A stretch of 64,000 bases of DNA from positions 4,826,494 to 4,890,493 of the forward strand of contig OZ251506.1 of the NCBI GenBank assembly GCA_965242835.1. Direction: 5' to 3'. The notes below the pieces were generated by a model. The model was given only the letters and a program-made list of their open reading frames with translations. It made no database searches and was not told where the DNA came from. Positions 7,292 to 17,236 of this stretch are shown in pieces (the stretch's first letter is position 1; each line of letters opens with the position of its first letter). This stretch comes from Vicinamibacterales bacterium (lineage in GTDB: Bacteria > Acidobacteriota > Vicinamibacteria > Vicinamibacterales > UBA8438). A program made the translations under genes and the position numbers.

Positions 7292-9370
7292 TCACCGCTC
7301 CACCGTGATCTCGCCGATCGCCCACGGATGGTCCGCGCAGTGGTAGAGGAACGTGCCGGGCTCGTCGAAGGTGACGTAGCCCGACGCCGCCGGCGCCAGC
7401 GAGCCGGTGCTCCAGCTCCCGTCCCGCGCCGCGACGGTGTGGGACGTCTCGCCGTTGTTGACGAACCGCAGGCGCGCGCCCACGGTGACCAGCGCCCGCA
7501 CCGGGTTGAACGCGTGCTCGTTGATCGCGTTGCGCCGCCCGCCCACCGACCAGGCGATCGGATTCTCGACCAGCGTCGCGGTCTCGACGACGTCGGCCGC
7601 GCGCGGCGGCGGGCCGATCCAGCGCACCAGGTCGTCGAGCGGCTCCTCGGCCTCCGGCCGCTCCGGCACGCCGCCGTCGAGCGCGAACGCCCACAGCTCG
7701 CCGCCGACCGGGAGGGCGACGAACTGCCGGCCGCCGGCCGCGTACGAGACCGCCGGCCCGGGCCGCTGCCGCACGCCGGGCGGTCCGGCCTGGAACGCCC
7801 ACAACCGCTCGCCGCTGTCGGCGTCGTACGCCTCGAGCCGGCCGTCGGCCGAGCCCCAGAACATCAGTCCGCCCGCGGTCGTCAGCGGGCCGCTCGTGGC
7901 GAGCCGCGCCCCGCGGAACTCGTTCTTCCAGACGATCGCGCCGGTCCGCCCGTCGACGGCGGCCAGCACGCCGGTCGACTCCGGCAGCGTGAGCCGGACG
8001 TAGCCGCTGCCGCGGTTGTCCGAGATCCAGGGGTCGTCGAAGCGGAACGCGCGGCCGACGTGCGCCCGCCCCTGCGCGTAGACGTAGCCGGTCCGCGGGC
8101 TGAACGACATCGGCGTCACCCGCACCATCGGAATCGGCGCGCCTGGGGCCACGACGTCCTGCCGCTCGCGCGACGGCGGCGTGTACGGGCTGCAGCTCAG
8201 CTCGAACGGCGGAGGCACGCGGTCGCGCCAGAAGGAGCACGGGGGCAGGATGCTCTCGCCCGCCGGGAAGGGCTGGGTCGGCGCGGTGAGCAGGTACTCG
8301 TCCTGCGGCACCGGCCGCTCCTCGACGGGCGCGAGCGGCTCGCCGGTCTCGCGGTCGAACAGGAACAGGTGGCCGTCGGCCCGCATCGCGGCCAGCGCCT
8401 TGCGGGTCCGGCCGTCCACCTCGGTTTCGTAGAGCAGCAGCGGCGTGGCTATGTCGGCGTCCCATACGTCGTGCCGGACCACCTGGTAGTGCCAGCGCCG
8501 CTCGCCGGTCTCCACGTCGAGGGCCAGCACCGAGGCGGTGAACAGGTTGTCGCCGGCGCGGAGCTCGCCGCCGTACATCGGGACCGGGTTGCCGGTGACG
8601 AAGTAGACCATCCCCAGGTCGGGGTCGACCGCGCCCACCAGCCAGACGCCGCCGCCGCCGAGCCGCCACGCCTCCGAGTCCCGCGGCCACGTCTCGTGGC
8701 CGAACTCGCCGGGCCGCGGCACGACGTGGAACGTCCACAGCTTCTCGCCGGTCGCCGCGTCGAGGGCGACGACGCGCCCCTGCCCGCCGCTGTCGCCGTT
8801 CGCGATGCCGACGAACACCCGGCCCCGCGCGTGCATCGGCGCCGTCGTGACCGACTCGCCCGCCCGCGGCGGATCGCTGCCGACCCGCTCCACCCAGACC
8901 GGCTCGCCGGTGTCCCGGCGCAGGGCCGCCACCTCCGCGCTCCGCAGGCCGACGAAGACGTATCCGCCGCCCAGGCCCACTCCCTGCCACGACGGCACCC
9001 GCTGCTCCCCGGCGGGGGAACTGCCGGGCCGCCAGCGCCAGACCGTCTCGCCGGTCCGCCCGTCGACGGCGAACACGTTGGCCCCGCCCGTCAGGTACAG
9101 GACGCCGGCGGCGGCCACCGGCGTCGACCGCGACGACACGCCGCCCGGCAGCCGCGCCACCCACGCCCCGCCCAGCCGGTCGATGGTCTCGGTCGACACG
9201 TCCGTCAGGGTCGAGTGGCGCGAGCCGGTCCAGTCCCCGCCGGCGAAGGGCCAGTCCGCCGCCGGATAGCCCCGGCCCCGTTCCTCCGTCTCCTGTCCCT
9301 GCAGACCTCCCGTCAGGGCGACGACGCCGGCCGAGATCGCGGCGGCGAGCCGCCGGTTCAGTCTTCGCAT
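7292..9370 (-). CDS. PQQ-dependent dehydrogenase-like beta-propeller fused to C-terminal cupredoxin-like domain
   Basis: Signal peptide 'MRRLNRRLAAAISAGVVALTGG', then repeated propeller motifs. C-terminus 'FVNNGETSHTVAA...GTFLYHCADHPWAIGEITV' (His...Cys-x2-His). Confidence 0.7.
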   Translation of the reverse strand: MRRLNRRLAAAISAGVVALTGGLQGQETEERGRGYPAADWPFAGGDWTGSRHSTLTDVSTETIDRLGGAWVARLPGGVSSRSTPVAAAGVLYLTGGANVFAVDGRTGETVWRWRPGSSPAGEQRVPSWQGVGLGGGYVFVGLRSAEVAALRRDTGEPVWVERVGSDPPRAGESVTTAPMHARGRVFVGIANGDSGGQGRVVALDAATGEKLWTFHVVPRPGEFGHETWPRDSEAWRLGGGGVWLVGAVDPDLGMVYFVTGNPVPMYGGELRAGDNLFTASVLALDVETGERRWHYQVVRHDVWDADIATPLLLYETEVDGRTRKALAAMRADGHLFLFDRETGEPLAPVEERPVPQDEYLLTAPTQPFPAGESILPPCSFWRDRVPPPFELSCSPYTPPSRERQDVVAPGAPIPMVRVTPMSFSPRTGYVYAQGRAHVGRAFRFDDPWISDNRGSGYVRLTLPESTGVLAAVDGRTGAIVWKNEFRGARLATSGPLTTAGGLMFWGSADGRLEAYDADSGERLWAFQAGPPGVRQRPGPAVSYAAGGRQFVALPVGGELWAFALDGGVPERPEAEEPLDDLVRWIGPPPRAADVVETATLVENPIAWSVGGRRNAINEHAFNPVRALVTVGARLRFVNNGETSHTVAARDGSWSTGSLAPAASGYVTFDEPGTFLYHCADHPWAIGEITVER

Positions 9371-9410
9371 GACGTCCTCCGCACGATCGCCCGCGGCGCG
9401 CGCCGCGGCG

Positions 9411-10451
9411 TCAGGGCATCTCCGGAACCAGCGCCAGCGGCACCGTCGCGTGCCGGATGCGCCGACGGTTCCACGTATAGGTGATCTGCAGGTCGCCGTC
9501 CGCGTCCTGGATCAGCGCCGGATACGAGAGCTCGCCGCGCTCACCTTCATCGAGCGCCTCGACGACGAGGAAGTCCTCCCAGGCGACGCCGCCGTCGAAC
9601 GACACCGCGAGGGAGAGCGGCGTGCGGCGTGCGGCCGAGGGATTGTAGACGAGGATGCAGCGCCCGTCGTCGAGCCGCAGCGAGTCGATTCCGGCGCTCG
9701 GGTTGTCGAGGTCCGTGAGCGCCAGCGGCGCCCAGGTCCGCCCGCCGTCCCGCGAGAGCGACGTCGCGATCTTCCCCAGGCGGCGCGGCGTCCGGAAGAA
9801 CGCGCGGACGACGCCCGGCTCGATCTCCAGCAGGGTCGGCTGGATGGCCCCGAGGCGGTCGCGCCCGGGGTCGCCGAAGAGCAGCGGGCCGTGCTTGCTC
9901 CACGACGCGCCGCCGTCGGCGCTGATCTCCATCCACGAGGACCACGTCCGGTAGCTCTCCAGGGACGTGCCGGCGAGGATCTCGCCGCCGGCGAGCCGGA
10001 TCGGCTTCGCCCGCACCGGACCCAGCATGCCCGCGGGCAGCCAGACCGGCTCGGACCACCGGCGGCCCGAGGTCGTCGACCGCATGAACGCCCCGCTCCA
10101 CGCGCGGGGGCTCGGGCCGATCTTGAAGTAGAGCCAGACCGTGTCCCCGTCCCCGCGGAACAGCACGGGGTTCCAGGCGGGCTGTCCGGGCTCCTTGTAG
10201 AGCCGCGCGGGAGGCGACCAGTCTCCTCCCCGCGGCTTGCGGGACGACCACACCCCGACGTCTTCGCGGCCCTCTCCCGAGCCGCCGAACCAGGCGGCGA
10301 GCAGCGCGCCGTCCGGCGCTTCGACCAGCGTCGAGGCGTGCGCCCGCGGGAAGGGCGCCTCGTCCCAGATGAAGTCGAGCGTGTGCTCCTGCGCGCGGGC
10401 GGCCGTCACCGGCGCGGCGGCGAGGAGCCAGAGAATCGCGCACGTCCGCAT
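9411..10451 (-). CDS. BNR/Asp-box repeat exo-alpha-sialidase-like glycosidase, secreted
   Basis: ATG at 10451 gives 'MRTCAILWLLAAAPVTAARA'. Asp-boxes 'SADGGASW', 'SRDGGRTW', 'SFDGGVAW'. The longer track ORF (to 11192) reads through into the neighbouring gene. Confidence 0.7.
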   Translation of the reverse strand: MRTCAILWLLAAAPVTAARAQEHTLDFIWDEAPFPRAHASTLVEAPDGALLAAWFGGSGEGREDVGVWSSRKPRGGDWSPPARLYKEPGQPAWNPVLFRGDGDTVWLYFKIGPSPRAWSGAFMRSTTSGRRWSEPVWLPAGMLGPVRAKPIRLAGGEILAGTSLESYRTWSSWMEISADGGASWSKHGPLLFGDPGRDRLGAIQPTLLEIEPGVVRAFFRTPRRLGKIATSLSRDGGRTWAPLALTDLDNPSAGIDSLRLDDGRCILVYNPSAARRTPLSLAVSFDGGVAWEDFLVVEALDEGERGELSYPALIQDADGDLQITYTWNRRRIRHATVPLALVPEMP

Positions 10452-10483
10452 GATCCGTGTCCGTCCTTTCCGCGGCGCCGCCG

Positions 10484-11689
10484 TCATCCCGAGAGCGCCG
10501 CGCACGCACGCCGGATCCGCGCGCACGCTTCCCGGAGGCGTTCGGTGGCGAGCGCGTACGAGACGCGGAAGTACGGCGAGAGACCGAACGCCGCGCCGTG
10601 CACCACCGCGACCTCCTCGCTCTCGAGCAGATACTCCGCGAAGTCGCCGTCGGTCTCGATGGTCCTGCCCCGCGGGGTCCGCCGGCCGACGACGCCCCGG
10701 CAGTCGACGTAGAGGTAGAACGCGCCGTCCGGCGGCCGGCAGCGCAGTCCGCCGGTCCCGTCGAGCAGCGCGGCGGCCAGGTCGCGCCGCTCCCGGAACG
10801 CCGCCACGTTGCGCCCGATGAACGTCTGGTCGCCGTCGAGGGCCTCCACCCCGGCCCACTGGCTGATGCTCGACGCGCCGCTGGTGGTCTGCGACTGGAC
10901 CGTCGCCATCGCGGCGATCAGCTCCTTCGGCCCCGCGCCGTAGCCGATGCGCCAGCCGGTCATGCAATATGCCTTGGAGAGTCCGTTCATGGTCAGGACG
11001 CGCCCGCGCAGGTCCGGCGCCGTCTGCGCCATCGTCGAGAACGGCGCGCCGCCGTAGAGGACGTGCTCGTAGATGTCGTCCGCGAGCACCCACACGTGCG
11101 GATGCCGCCGCAGCACCTCGGCGAACGCCTCGAGGTCCCGCGCCGGGTAGACCGCGCCGGACGGGTTGCAGGGGTTGTTCAGGATCAGCCACTTCGTCCG
11201 CGGAGTGAGCGCCGCTTCGAGCCGCTCCGGCGCCAGCCGGAACCCGTTCGCCGCGTCGGTCGGGACCGCCACCGGCTCGCCGCCGGCGAGCAGCGCCATG
11301 TCCGGGTAACTGACCCAGAACGGGGCGGGAACGACGACTTCCTGGCCGGGGTCGAGCGTCGCCGCGAGGGCGTTGTAGATGACCTGCTTGCCCCCGTTGC
11401 AGACGATCACCCGGTCCGGCGTGGTGCGCAGCCCGTTCTCCCGCTCGAGCTTGCGGCAGATCGCCTCCCGCAGCTCCGGGATGCCGGTCAGCGGCGGGTA
11501 CTTCGTCTTCCCCTCGGCGATGGCGCGCACGGCCGCGGCCTTGACGTGCTCCGGCGTGTCGAAGTCCGGCTCGCCCGCGGAGAGGGCGATGACGTCGCGG
11601 CCGGCCCGCGCCATCTCCATCGCCCGCGCGGAGACGACGGCGGCGGGCGAGGCCTTGATGCGGCTCATGCGCCGCGCGGCGATGGGCAT
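10484..11689 (-). CDS. Pyridoxal-phosphate-dependent aminotransferase class I/II (aspartate aminotransferase-like)
   Basis: 'MPIAARRMSRIKASP...LSAGEPDFDTP...NNPCNPSG...LSKAYCMTGWRIGY' (PLP-lysine motif). Confidence 0.85.
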   Translation of the reverse strand: MPIAARRMSRIKASPAAVVSARAMEMARAGRDVIALSAGEPDFDTPEHVKAAAVRAIAEGKTKYPPLTGIPELREAICRKLERENGLRTTPDRVIVCNGGKQVIYNALAATLDPGQEVVVPAPFWVSYPDMALLAGGEPVAVPTDAANGFRLAPERLEAALTPRTKWLILNNPCNPSGAVYPARDLEAFAEVLRRHPHVWVLADDIYEHVLYGGAPFSTMAQTAPDLRGRVLTMNGLSKAYCMTGWRIGYGAGPKELIAAMATVQSQTTSGASSISQWAGVEALDGDQTFIGRNVAAFRERRDLAAALLDGTGGLRCRPPDGAFYLYVDCRGVVGRRTPRGRTIETDGDFAEYLLESEEVAVVHGAAFGLSPYFRVSYALATERLREACARIRRACAALSG

Positions 11690-11725
11690 GGCGGTTCGGA
11701 TAGGATACGCGGGAACGAGGTGCTC

Positions 11726-13105
11726 ATGAAACGACTTCAGCTTCCGGCGGCGGGGCTGGCGCTGATTCTCGCGGGTTGCGGCGAAGGCGCGGCGCCGGGA
11801 GACGGCTCCGCGGAGTCCGTCGGCGGACTCGCGCTGGTCGGGGCGCGGTTGATCGACGCGACCGGCGCGCCGCCGGTGGCGGACTCCGTGGTCGTGGTCC
11901 GCGACGGCCGCATCGCGGACGCCGGCCCGCGGGCCACGACGCCCGTGCCCGCCGGCGCCGAGGTCGTCGACGTGAGCGGCAAGACGATCATTCCCGGTCT
12001 GGTCAACCTGCACGTGCACTACCGGGGCGGACCGGAGGAGATCGAGCGTCAGTTCCGCGCGCAGCTCCACTACGGCGTGACCACCGCGCGGAGCATCGGC
12101 AGCGACACGCCGGAGCGGGTCGCCCACCTGCTCGCGTCCGCCGGCCGTCCCGACGCCCCGCGGACCTATACGGCGGGGCTGGGGTTCTCCTACCCCGGCG
12201 GGTTCAACGCGGCCGGCCGCAACGCGCCGACCACGGCGGAAGAAGCGCGGGCGCTGGTGCGGGGGCAGGTCGCGCTCGGCGTGCACTTCATCAAGATGTG
12301 GGTCAACGAGGTCGCGGAGCCGGGCCTGAAGATCCCGCCGGAGATACGGGCGGCCATCATCGACGAGGCCGTGGGGAACGGCGTCGTCCCCGCCGCCCAC
12401 ATCGACGACGAAGCCGACGGCCGGCAGCTCGTCGAGGCCGGCCTGCGGGACTTCCTGCACAGCACGGTGCTGACGTTCGGCCCCGGCGCCGGCGCGCCGA
12501 TGGACGATCCCGACCCTTCGCCCGAATTCATCCGCCTGTGCCTCGACAACGGCGCGTACTTCACCCCCACGCTGTCGATCGTCCAGAACCGCTGGCACTT
12601 CGCGGAGCGTCCGGAACTGCTGGAGGACCCGGAGCTGCGCGCCGCGTTCGACCTCTACAACCCGGACGCGCTGGCCGCCTGGGACGACCCGGCGCGCCGG
12701 GCGGAGGTCGTCGACGATCCGGGGTTCGAGGACCGCAAGGCCGCGTTCCGGCAGTTGCAGGACTTCGTGAAGACGATGCACGACGCCGGCGTCGACGTGG
12801 CCCTCGGGAACGACGCCGGAACCCCGAACGTGCCGTTCGGCTGGGGCATGCACCACGAGCTGGAGCTGTACGTCGAGGCCGGCCTGACCCCGATGGACGC
12901 CCTCGTCGCGGCGACCGCCACCGGCGCCGCGCGGATGCCGCCGGTCGGCGAGGCCGACTTCGGCACCCTCGAAGCGGGCAAGACCGCCGACCTGATCGTG
13001 CTGAACGCCGACCCGCTGGCCGACGTCCGCAACACGCTGGCGATCGACCGGGTCATGCGGCTCGGCGAGTGGGTGGACCGCTCGGGATTCGTCCCGGCCC
13101 CGTAG
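11726..13105 (+). CDS. Amidohydrolase family metallo-hydrolase, lipoprotein
   Basis: 'MKRLQLPAAGLALILAGC' lipobox. 'IIPGLVNLHVHY' His-x-His metal motif. C-terminal 'ADLIVLNADPL'. Confidence 0.75.
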   Translation: MKRLQLPAAGLALILAGCGEGAAPGDGSAESVGGLALVGARLIDATGAPPVADSVVVVRDGRIADAGPRATTPVPAGAEVVDVSGKTIIPGLVNLHVHYRGGPEEIERQFRAQLHYGVTTARSIGSDTPERVAHLLASAGRPDAPRTYTAGLGFSYPGGFNAAGRNAPTTAEEARALVRGQVALGVHFIKMWVNEVAEPGLKIPPEIRAAIIDEAVGNGVVPAAHIDDEADGRQLVEAGLRDFLHSTVLTFGPGAGAPMDDPDPSPEFIRLCLDNGAYFTPTLSIVQNRWHFAERPELLEDPELRAAFDLYNPDALAAWDDPARRAEVVDDPGFEDRKAAFRQLQDFVKTMHDAGVDVALGNDAGTPNVPFGWGMHHELELYVEAGLTPMDALVAATATGAARMPPVGEADFGTLEAGKTADLIVLNADPLADVRNTLAIDRVMRLGEWVDRSGFVPAP

Positions 13106-13130
13106 CCCGCCGCCCCCGTCCGGGGCTCCG

Positions 13131-13248
13131 GAGCGGAGCCGTCAGGCGACGATTGGCGGCCAGGAGTCTGCGCCGTAGAACGGCGCGGACTCCTGGAGCG
13201 GTCAGGATGGGCGCCGAGCGGAGCCGCAAGGCGACGCTTGGTGGGCGC
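13131..13248 (+). repeat. REP/BIME-like composite element, copy A (module-hairpin-module)
   Basis: Hairpin GGAGTCTGCGCCG-TAGAA-CGGCGCGGACTCC at 13163-13193. It is flanked by GAGCGGAGCCG..AGGCGACG.TTGG.GGGC modules at 13131-13160 and 13217-13248. 13162-13248 matches 36317-36403 with 1 mismatch. Confidence 0.9.
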
Positions 13249-14828
13249 TATCCGTCCGCTCCGGGCCGGCGGACGGCGCGGCCGAGCGCGCGCCGAACGC
13301 GGCCGCAACCGATCCACAGGCCGATGCCGCTCGACGCCAGGCCGCCGAGGCTCAGGGCGATCACGCCGACGTCCCAGAGCGGCCGGCGGTCGTACCAGAA
13401 CGCGAAGTCGAAGCTGTGCAGTCCGTTGAAGAGCCATCGCTCGACGCGCGTGAACCGGTGCTCGCGGGCGACCACCCGGCCCAGCGCCGGATCGACGTAG
13501 ACCCAGGTCTCCAGGGGATCGCCGAACTTGACGCGCAGCACCGGCAGCGGCGCCGCCCGGTGGCGCTCGGCGCCGCGCGCGTAGTAGTAGGCGTCGTACT
13601 CGGCCAGCAGCTCGGATTCGACGATCGGCGTCCCGGGCAGCGCGCGGGTCAACCGGGCCAGCAGCGACTCGACGCTGAACGGCTCGCCGCGCGGGGTCAG
13701 CGTGTCGGCGGCGACGAGCAGCGGCGCGGCGGCGATCCCGGCGCCCTCCCGCGGACGCTCGGGTCCGAGCCGCCCCGGTGCGGGCGGCCCCGCTCCCGTC
13801 CGCACGGCGTAGTAGGGATCGTCCTGGATGCGCAGCAGCTCGATCTCGCGGACCGGGCGCCCCCCGGTGACGCGCCGCCAGTCGGCCGCCTCCCGGCGCG
13901 GGAAACGAGACAGGTCGATCCTTCCGCCGGACAGCGCGTCCGGCGGGACGTCGAGGCCGGGAGCGCGGGTCCAGGCGTACGGCTCCAGCGACAGCAGGCC
14001 GCTGAAGACCCAGGTCAGCGTCACGGCCCCGAAGACCACGCCGGTCAGGTAGTGCCAGCGCATCCAGCCGGCGTACGGGATTCGCGCCCCGAGACCGCCC
14101 CGGGATCGAGCGGCCCCGCGCCGGCGCCACCGGAACTGCGTGACGCCGAGGAGGAGGCCGGTGACGGCGAGCAGGCACCCCAGGGTCGACGTCCAGACCA
14201 GCAGGTCGTACCACAGCGGCTGGTTCGCGCGCAGCGCCGTGAAGTAGATCCAGTGGGGAATCGCGCCCATCCACGCCAGCGCCCGGCTGCGCCGCGTGGT
14301 CGCCATCACCACCTCGCCCGTGCGCGGCGAGACGTAGAGCTCGGTGCGGTCCTCGTCGTCGACCCGGAACTTGCGCAGCGGCAGGCGGCGCCTCTCGACC
14401 AGCGTCCACTGGTCGGGCTCGGTGAGCGCGCCGACGTACTCCACGGCGTCGGCCGGCCGGCCGGCGAAGCGGGCGGCGACGGCGGCGGCGGCGGCCGGTC
14501 CCAGCTCGCCGAGACGCTCGCCGGTGTCCGCCAGGACGGTCACGCCGTCGAACCGGTAGGCCGGCCGGCCCGTCACCGTCAGGAGGACGGCCCGGCGCGG
14601 GGTCGGCGACAGGCGGGCGCGCCGGGCCGCCGCCGCCGGGGCCAGGGCGACGCGGTCGAAGTCGAGCGCCGGCAGCCGCTCGAGCCGACGCTCCGGCGTC
14701 AGGCGCGGCATGCCGCCGGTGTACATCATCACGACGCCGGAGGCGAACCACGCCACGAAGAGCACGCCGAGCGGAATGCCCAGGTAGCGGTGGGTCAGGA
14801 TCAACCCCCTCGACAGCGCGCTCGTCAT
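13248..14828 (-). CDS. PepSY-associated TM helix domain protein
   Basis: 'LILTHRYLGIPLGVLFVAWFASGVVMMY', 'DQWTL', C-terminal 'FNGLHSFDF'. Paralog of 43030..44589. Confidence 0.75.
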   Translation of the reverse strand: MTSALSRGLILTHRYLGIPLGVLFVAWFASGVVMMYTGGMPRLTPERRLERLPALDFDRVALAPAAAARRARLSPTPRRAVLLTVTGRPAYRFDGVTVLADTGERLGELGPAAAAAVAARFAGRPADAVEYVGALTEPDQWTLVERRRLPLRKFRVDDEDRTELYVSPRTGEVVMATTRRSRALAWMGAIPHWIYFTALRANQPLWYDLLVWTSTLGCLLAVTGLLLGVTQFRWRRRGAARSRGGLGARIPYAGWMRWHYLTGVVFGAVTLTWVFSGLLSLEPYAWTRAPGLDVPPDALSGGRIDLSRFPRREAADWRRVTGGRPVREIELLRIQDDPYYAVRTGAGPPAPGRLGPERPREGAGIAAAPLLVAADTLTPRGEPFSVESLLARLTRALPGTPIVESELLAEYDAYYYARGAERHRAAPLPVLRVKFGDPLETWVYVDPALGRVVAREHRFTRVERWLFNGLHSFDFAFWYDRRPLWDVGVIALSLGGLASSGIGLWIGCGRVRRALGRAVRRPGADG

Positions 14829-14883
14829 GACCGTCGGAAGGGTCCAGCCGATTCGGAGACGACGCGGCGTCCTCCGGGTACGG

Positions 14884-16311
14884 TCACGCTCCTCGGGCCG
14901 CCCGGCCGCGTTCGCCGGCCGGCAGCGTGATGCGGAAGGTGCTGCCGCAACCATCCTCCCGCTCGTAGCCCAGCCGCCCGCGGTTGGCCTCGACCGCCCA
15001 GCGCGCGATCGCCAGCCCGAGGCCGGCTCCGCCGCCGTGCGGCGCCTCCCCGTTTCCCGCGGCGTCGGACCCCGGCACGCGGTAGAGCCGGTCGAACAGC
15101 CGGGGCGCGTGCCGCTCCGGCACGCCCGGGCCGGTGTCGGTGACTTCCAGGACCGCGGCGCCGCCGGCCGCCGCCGCCCGGACCCGGATTTCGCCGCCGG
15201 CCGGCGTGTAGCGGATCGCGTTGTCGACGAGGTTGATCAACGCCTGCCGCAGCACGATGCGGTCGCCGCGGCAGGTCGCCCGGCCGTCCCGGACGACGAC
15301 CAGCGCCTGCTCCTTCTCCTCGGCCAGCACGCCCAGGTGACCGGCCACGTCGCCGGCCAGCTCCGCCAGATCGATGGTCTCGCGGGCCCGCGCCCGATCG
15401 CCGGTGTCCGCGCGGGACACGGTCAGCAGCCGGTCCACGAGACCGCTCAACCGGTCGGCCTCCTCCAGCATGCTCTCGATGACGGCGCGGTACGACCCGG
15501 CGTCGGGCGGCTCGCGCAGGGCGACCTCGCCGACGCTGCGGATGGCGGTCAGCGGCGTCCGCAGCTCGTGGGAGACGTTGGCGGTGAACCGCCGCATTTC
15601 GGTGAACGAGGAATCGAGCCGGCCGAGCGTCTCGTTGAACACCGCCGCCAGGCGGCCCAGCTCGTCGTCGGGGTTGTCGATGGGCAGCCGCTCGCCCAGC
15701 CGGGACGCGGTGATGGCGCGGGCGCGCCCGGTCATGCGGGCGATCGGCGCCAGCGCGCCGCGCGCCAGGTAGTAGCCGCCGAGTCCGGCGGCGGCCACGC
15801 TCAGCGGCAGGCCGAGCAGCAGCACGAGCGCCAGCTCGCCCACCTCCTGACGCATCAGCGCCTCGGAGCGGCCGACCTGGACGACGACCGGATCGCCCCC
15901 GATGCGCGTCCGCCGGCCCAGGATGCGGAACGGCGCCGGCTCGCCGGCCACCGAGACGACGCGGCCGTCGGCCCGGTCGAGCAGCGCCTCGCTCCCGGGC
16001 ACCGGGAGCCGCCGGGCGACCGCGGTCCGGTAGATCGACTCGCCGCCGGTGGTCCACACCTGCAGCCAGGGGCTCTCCTCGCTCCACGGATCGCCCTCGA
16101 ACCAGGTGAGCGATCCGTCGGGGCCCCGTTCGGCCATTCCCGCGGCCCAGCGGAAGTCGCTCCGCAACCTCGCGTCCAGCGCCCGCGACGCGTTGCGCGT
16201 GACGATCGCCAGCACGGCCGCCGCGTAGACGCCCAGCGCCACCACCATCATGGCCGCGTGCCACAGGGTGAGCCGGACGCGCAGCGTCCGCGGCGGCCGG
16301 AGGAAGGTCAT
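14884..16311 (-). CDS. Sensor histidine kinase (HAMP-HisKA-HATPase, CusS/heavy-metal-sensor-like)
   Basis: H-box 'NVSHELRTPLTAI', N/G boxes 'DNAIRYTP', 'TDTGPGV', 'GLGLAIA'. 4-nt overlap with the regulator gene. Confidence 0.85.
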   Translation of the reverse strand: MTFLRPPRTLRVRLTLWHAAMMVVALGVYAAAVLAIVTRNASRALDARLRSDFRWAAGMAERGPDGSLTWFEGDPWSEESPWLQVWTTGGESIYRTAVARRLPVPGSEALLDRADGRVVSVAGEPAPFRILGRRTRIGGDPVVVQVGRSEALMRQEVGELALVLLLGLPLSVAAAGLGGYYLARGALAPIARMTGRARAITASRLGERLPIDNPDDELGRLAAVFNETLGRLDSSFTEMRRFTANVSHELRTPLTAIRSVGEVALREPPDAGSYRAVIESMLEEADRLSGLVDRLLTVSRADTGDRARARETIDLAELAGDVAGHLGVLAEEKEQALVVVRDGRATCRGDRIVLRQALINLVDNAIRYTPAGGEIRVRAAAAGGAAVLEVTDTGPGVPERHAPRLFDRLYRVPGSDAAGNGEAPHGGGAGLGLAIARWAVEANRGRLGYEREDGCGSTFRITLPAGERGRAARGA

Positions 16312-17060
16312 CGGTCTTCCGCCTCGCGCAGAACGAACCCCACGCCCCGCACCGTCCGAATCAGGCGAACCGGCTGTTCGGCGTCGATCTTCCGCCGCAG
16401 CCGCGAGACGTGCACGTCGATGACGTTGTCGAGCGTCGTGCTGCGAGCCGTCTCCCGCCAGACTTCGCGGACGAGGGTGTCGCGCGAGACGACCTGCCGC
16501 GCGTGGCGCGTCAGGTGCAGCAGCAGGTCGAACTCCTTCGCGGTCAGCTCCACCACCTCTCCGGCCCGCGTCACCCGGCGCGCCGCGCAGTCGATGGCCA
16601 GCGTGTCGACGCTCAGGCGCTCGGCCTCGGCCGGCCGTCCCCGCCGGGCCACCGCCCGGATGCGCGCGAGGAGTTCGGCGAAGGCGAACGGCTTGACGAC
16701 GTAATCGTCGGCGCCCGCGTCGAGACCCGCGACGCGGTCCTCCAGGGTGTCCCGCGCGGTCAGGACCACCACCGGCGTCCGGAGCCCGCGCCGCCGCGCC
16801 GCCGACAGGATCCGGAGGCCGTCCCGCCCCGGCAGGCGCAGGTCGAGCAGGATCAGGTCGAAACGATCCGTCGTCAGGCGGAAGAACGCCGCTTCGCCGG
16901 AGGTCTCGACGTTCACGTCGTAGCCCTCGCCCTCGAGGCCCCGGCGCAGGGCCTCGGCCACCTTCCGCTCGTCCTCGACGACGAGCACCCGCAACGGGCG
17001 CCCGCCCGCGGCGGCGGCGCGCCGCTCTCCGCCCTCCGGGACGACGACGGTGGCCGGCAT
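16308..17060 (-). CDS. OmpR/PhoB-family response regulator
   Basis: 'RVLVVEDE...DLILLDLRLPGRDG...GADDYVVKPF' receiver domain plus winged-helix 'RTVRGVGFVL'. Confidence 0.9.
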   Translation of the reverse strand: MPATVVVPEGGERRAAAAGGRPLRVLVVEDERKVAEALRRGLEGEGYDVNVETSGEAAFFRLTTDRFDLILLDLRLPGRDGLRILSAARRRGLRTPVVVLTARDTLEDRVAGLDAGADDYVVKPFAFAELLARIRAVARRGRPAEAERLSVDTLAIDCAARRVTRAGEVVELTAKEFDLLLHLTRHARQVVSRDTLVREVWRETARSTTLDNVIDVHVSRLRRKIDAEQPVRLIRTVRGVGFVLREAEDR

Positions 17061-17236
17061 TCCCCGCATGATAGCGGCAGGACGGGCCGGGGCGCGCGGG
17101 ATTCAGACTATCTTCAGGATCCCGCGCGCCCCGGGCGCACTATCATTGGGGGCGCGTCCCGACGGCCGCGCCGCTCCGGGCGGCGCGCCGACGGCGGCGC
17201 CGCGGGAACTCGCCTCGTACCGAGTGGAGAACGGCC

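Noticed and set aside
9411-12856. N-terminal extensions of ORFs 9411..11192 and 10484..12856
   Set aside because: Internal ATGs followed by a signal peptide (10451) or by the start of aminotransferase homology (11689) give sensible proteins. The extensions overlap neighbouring genes in other frames.
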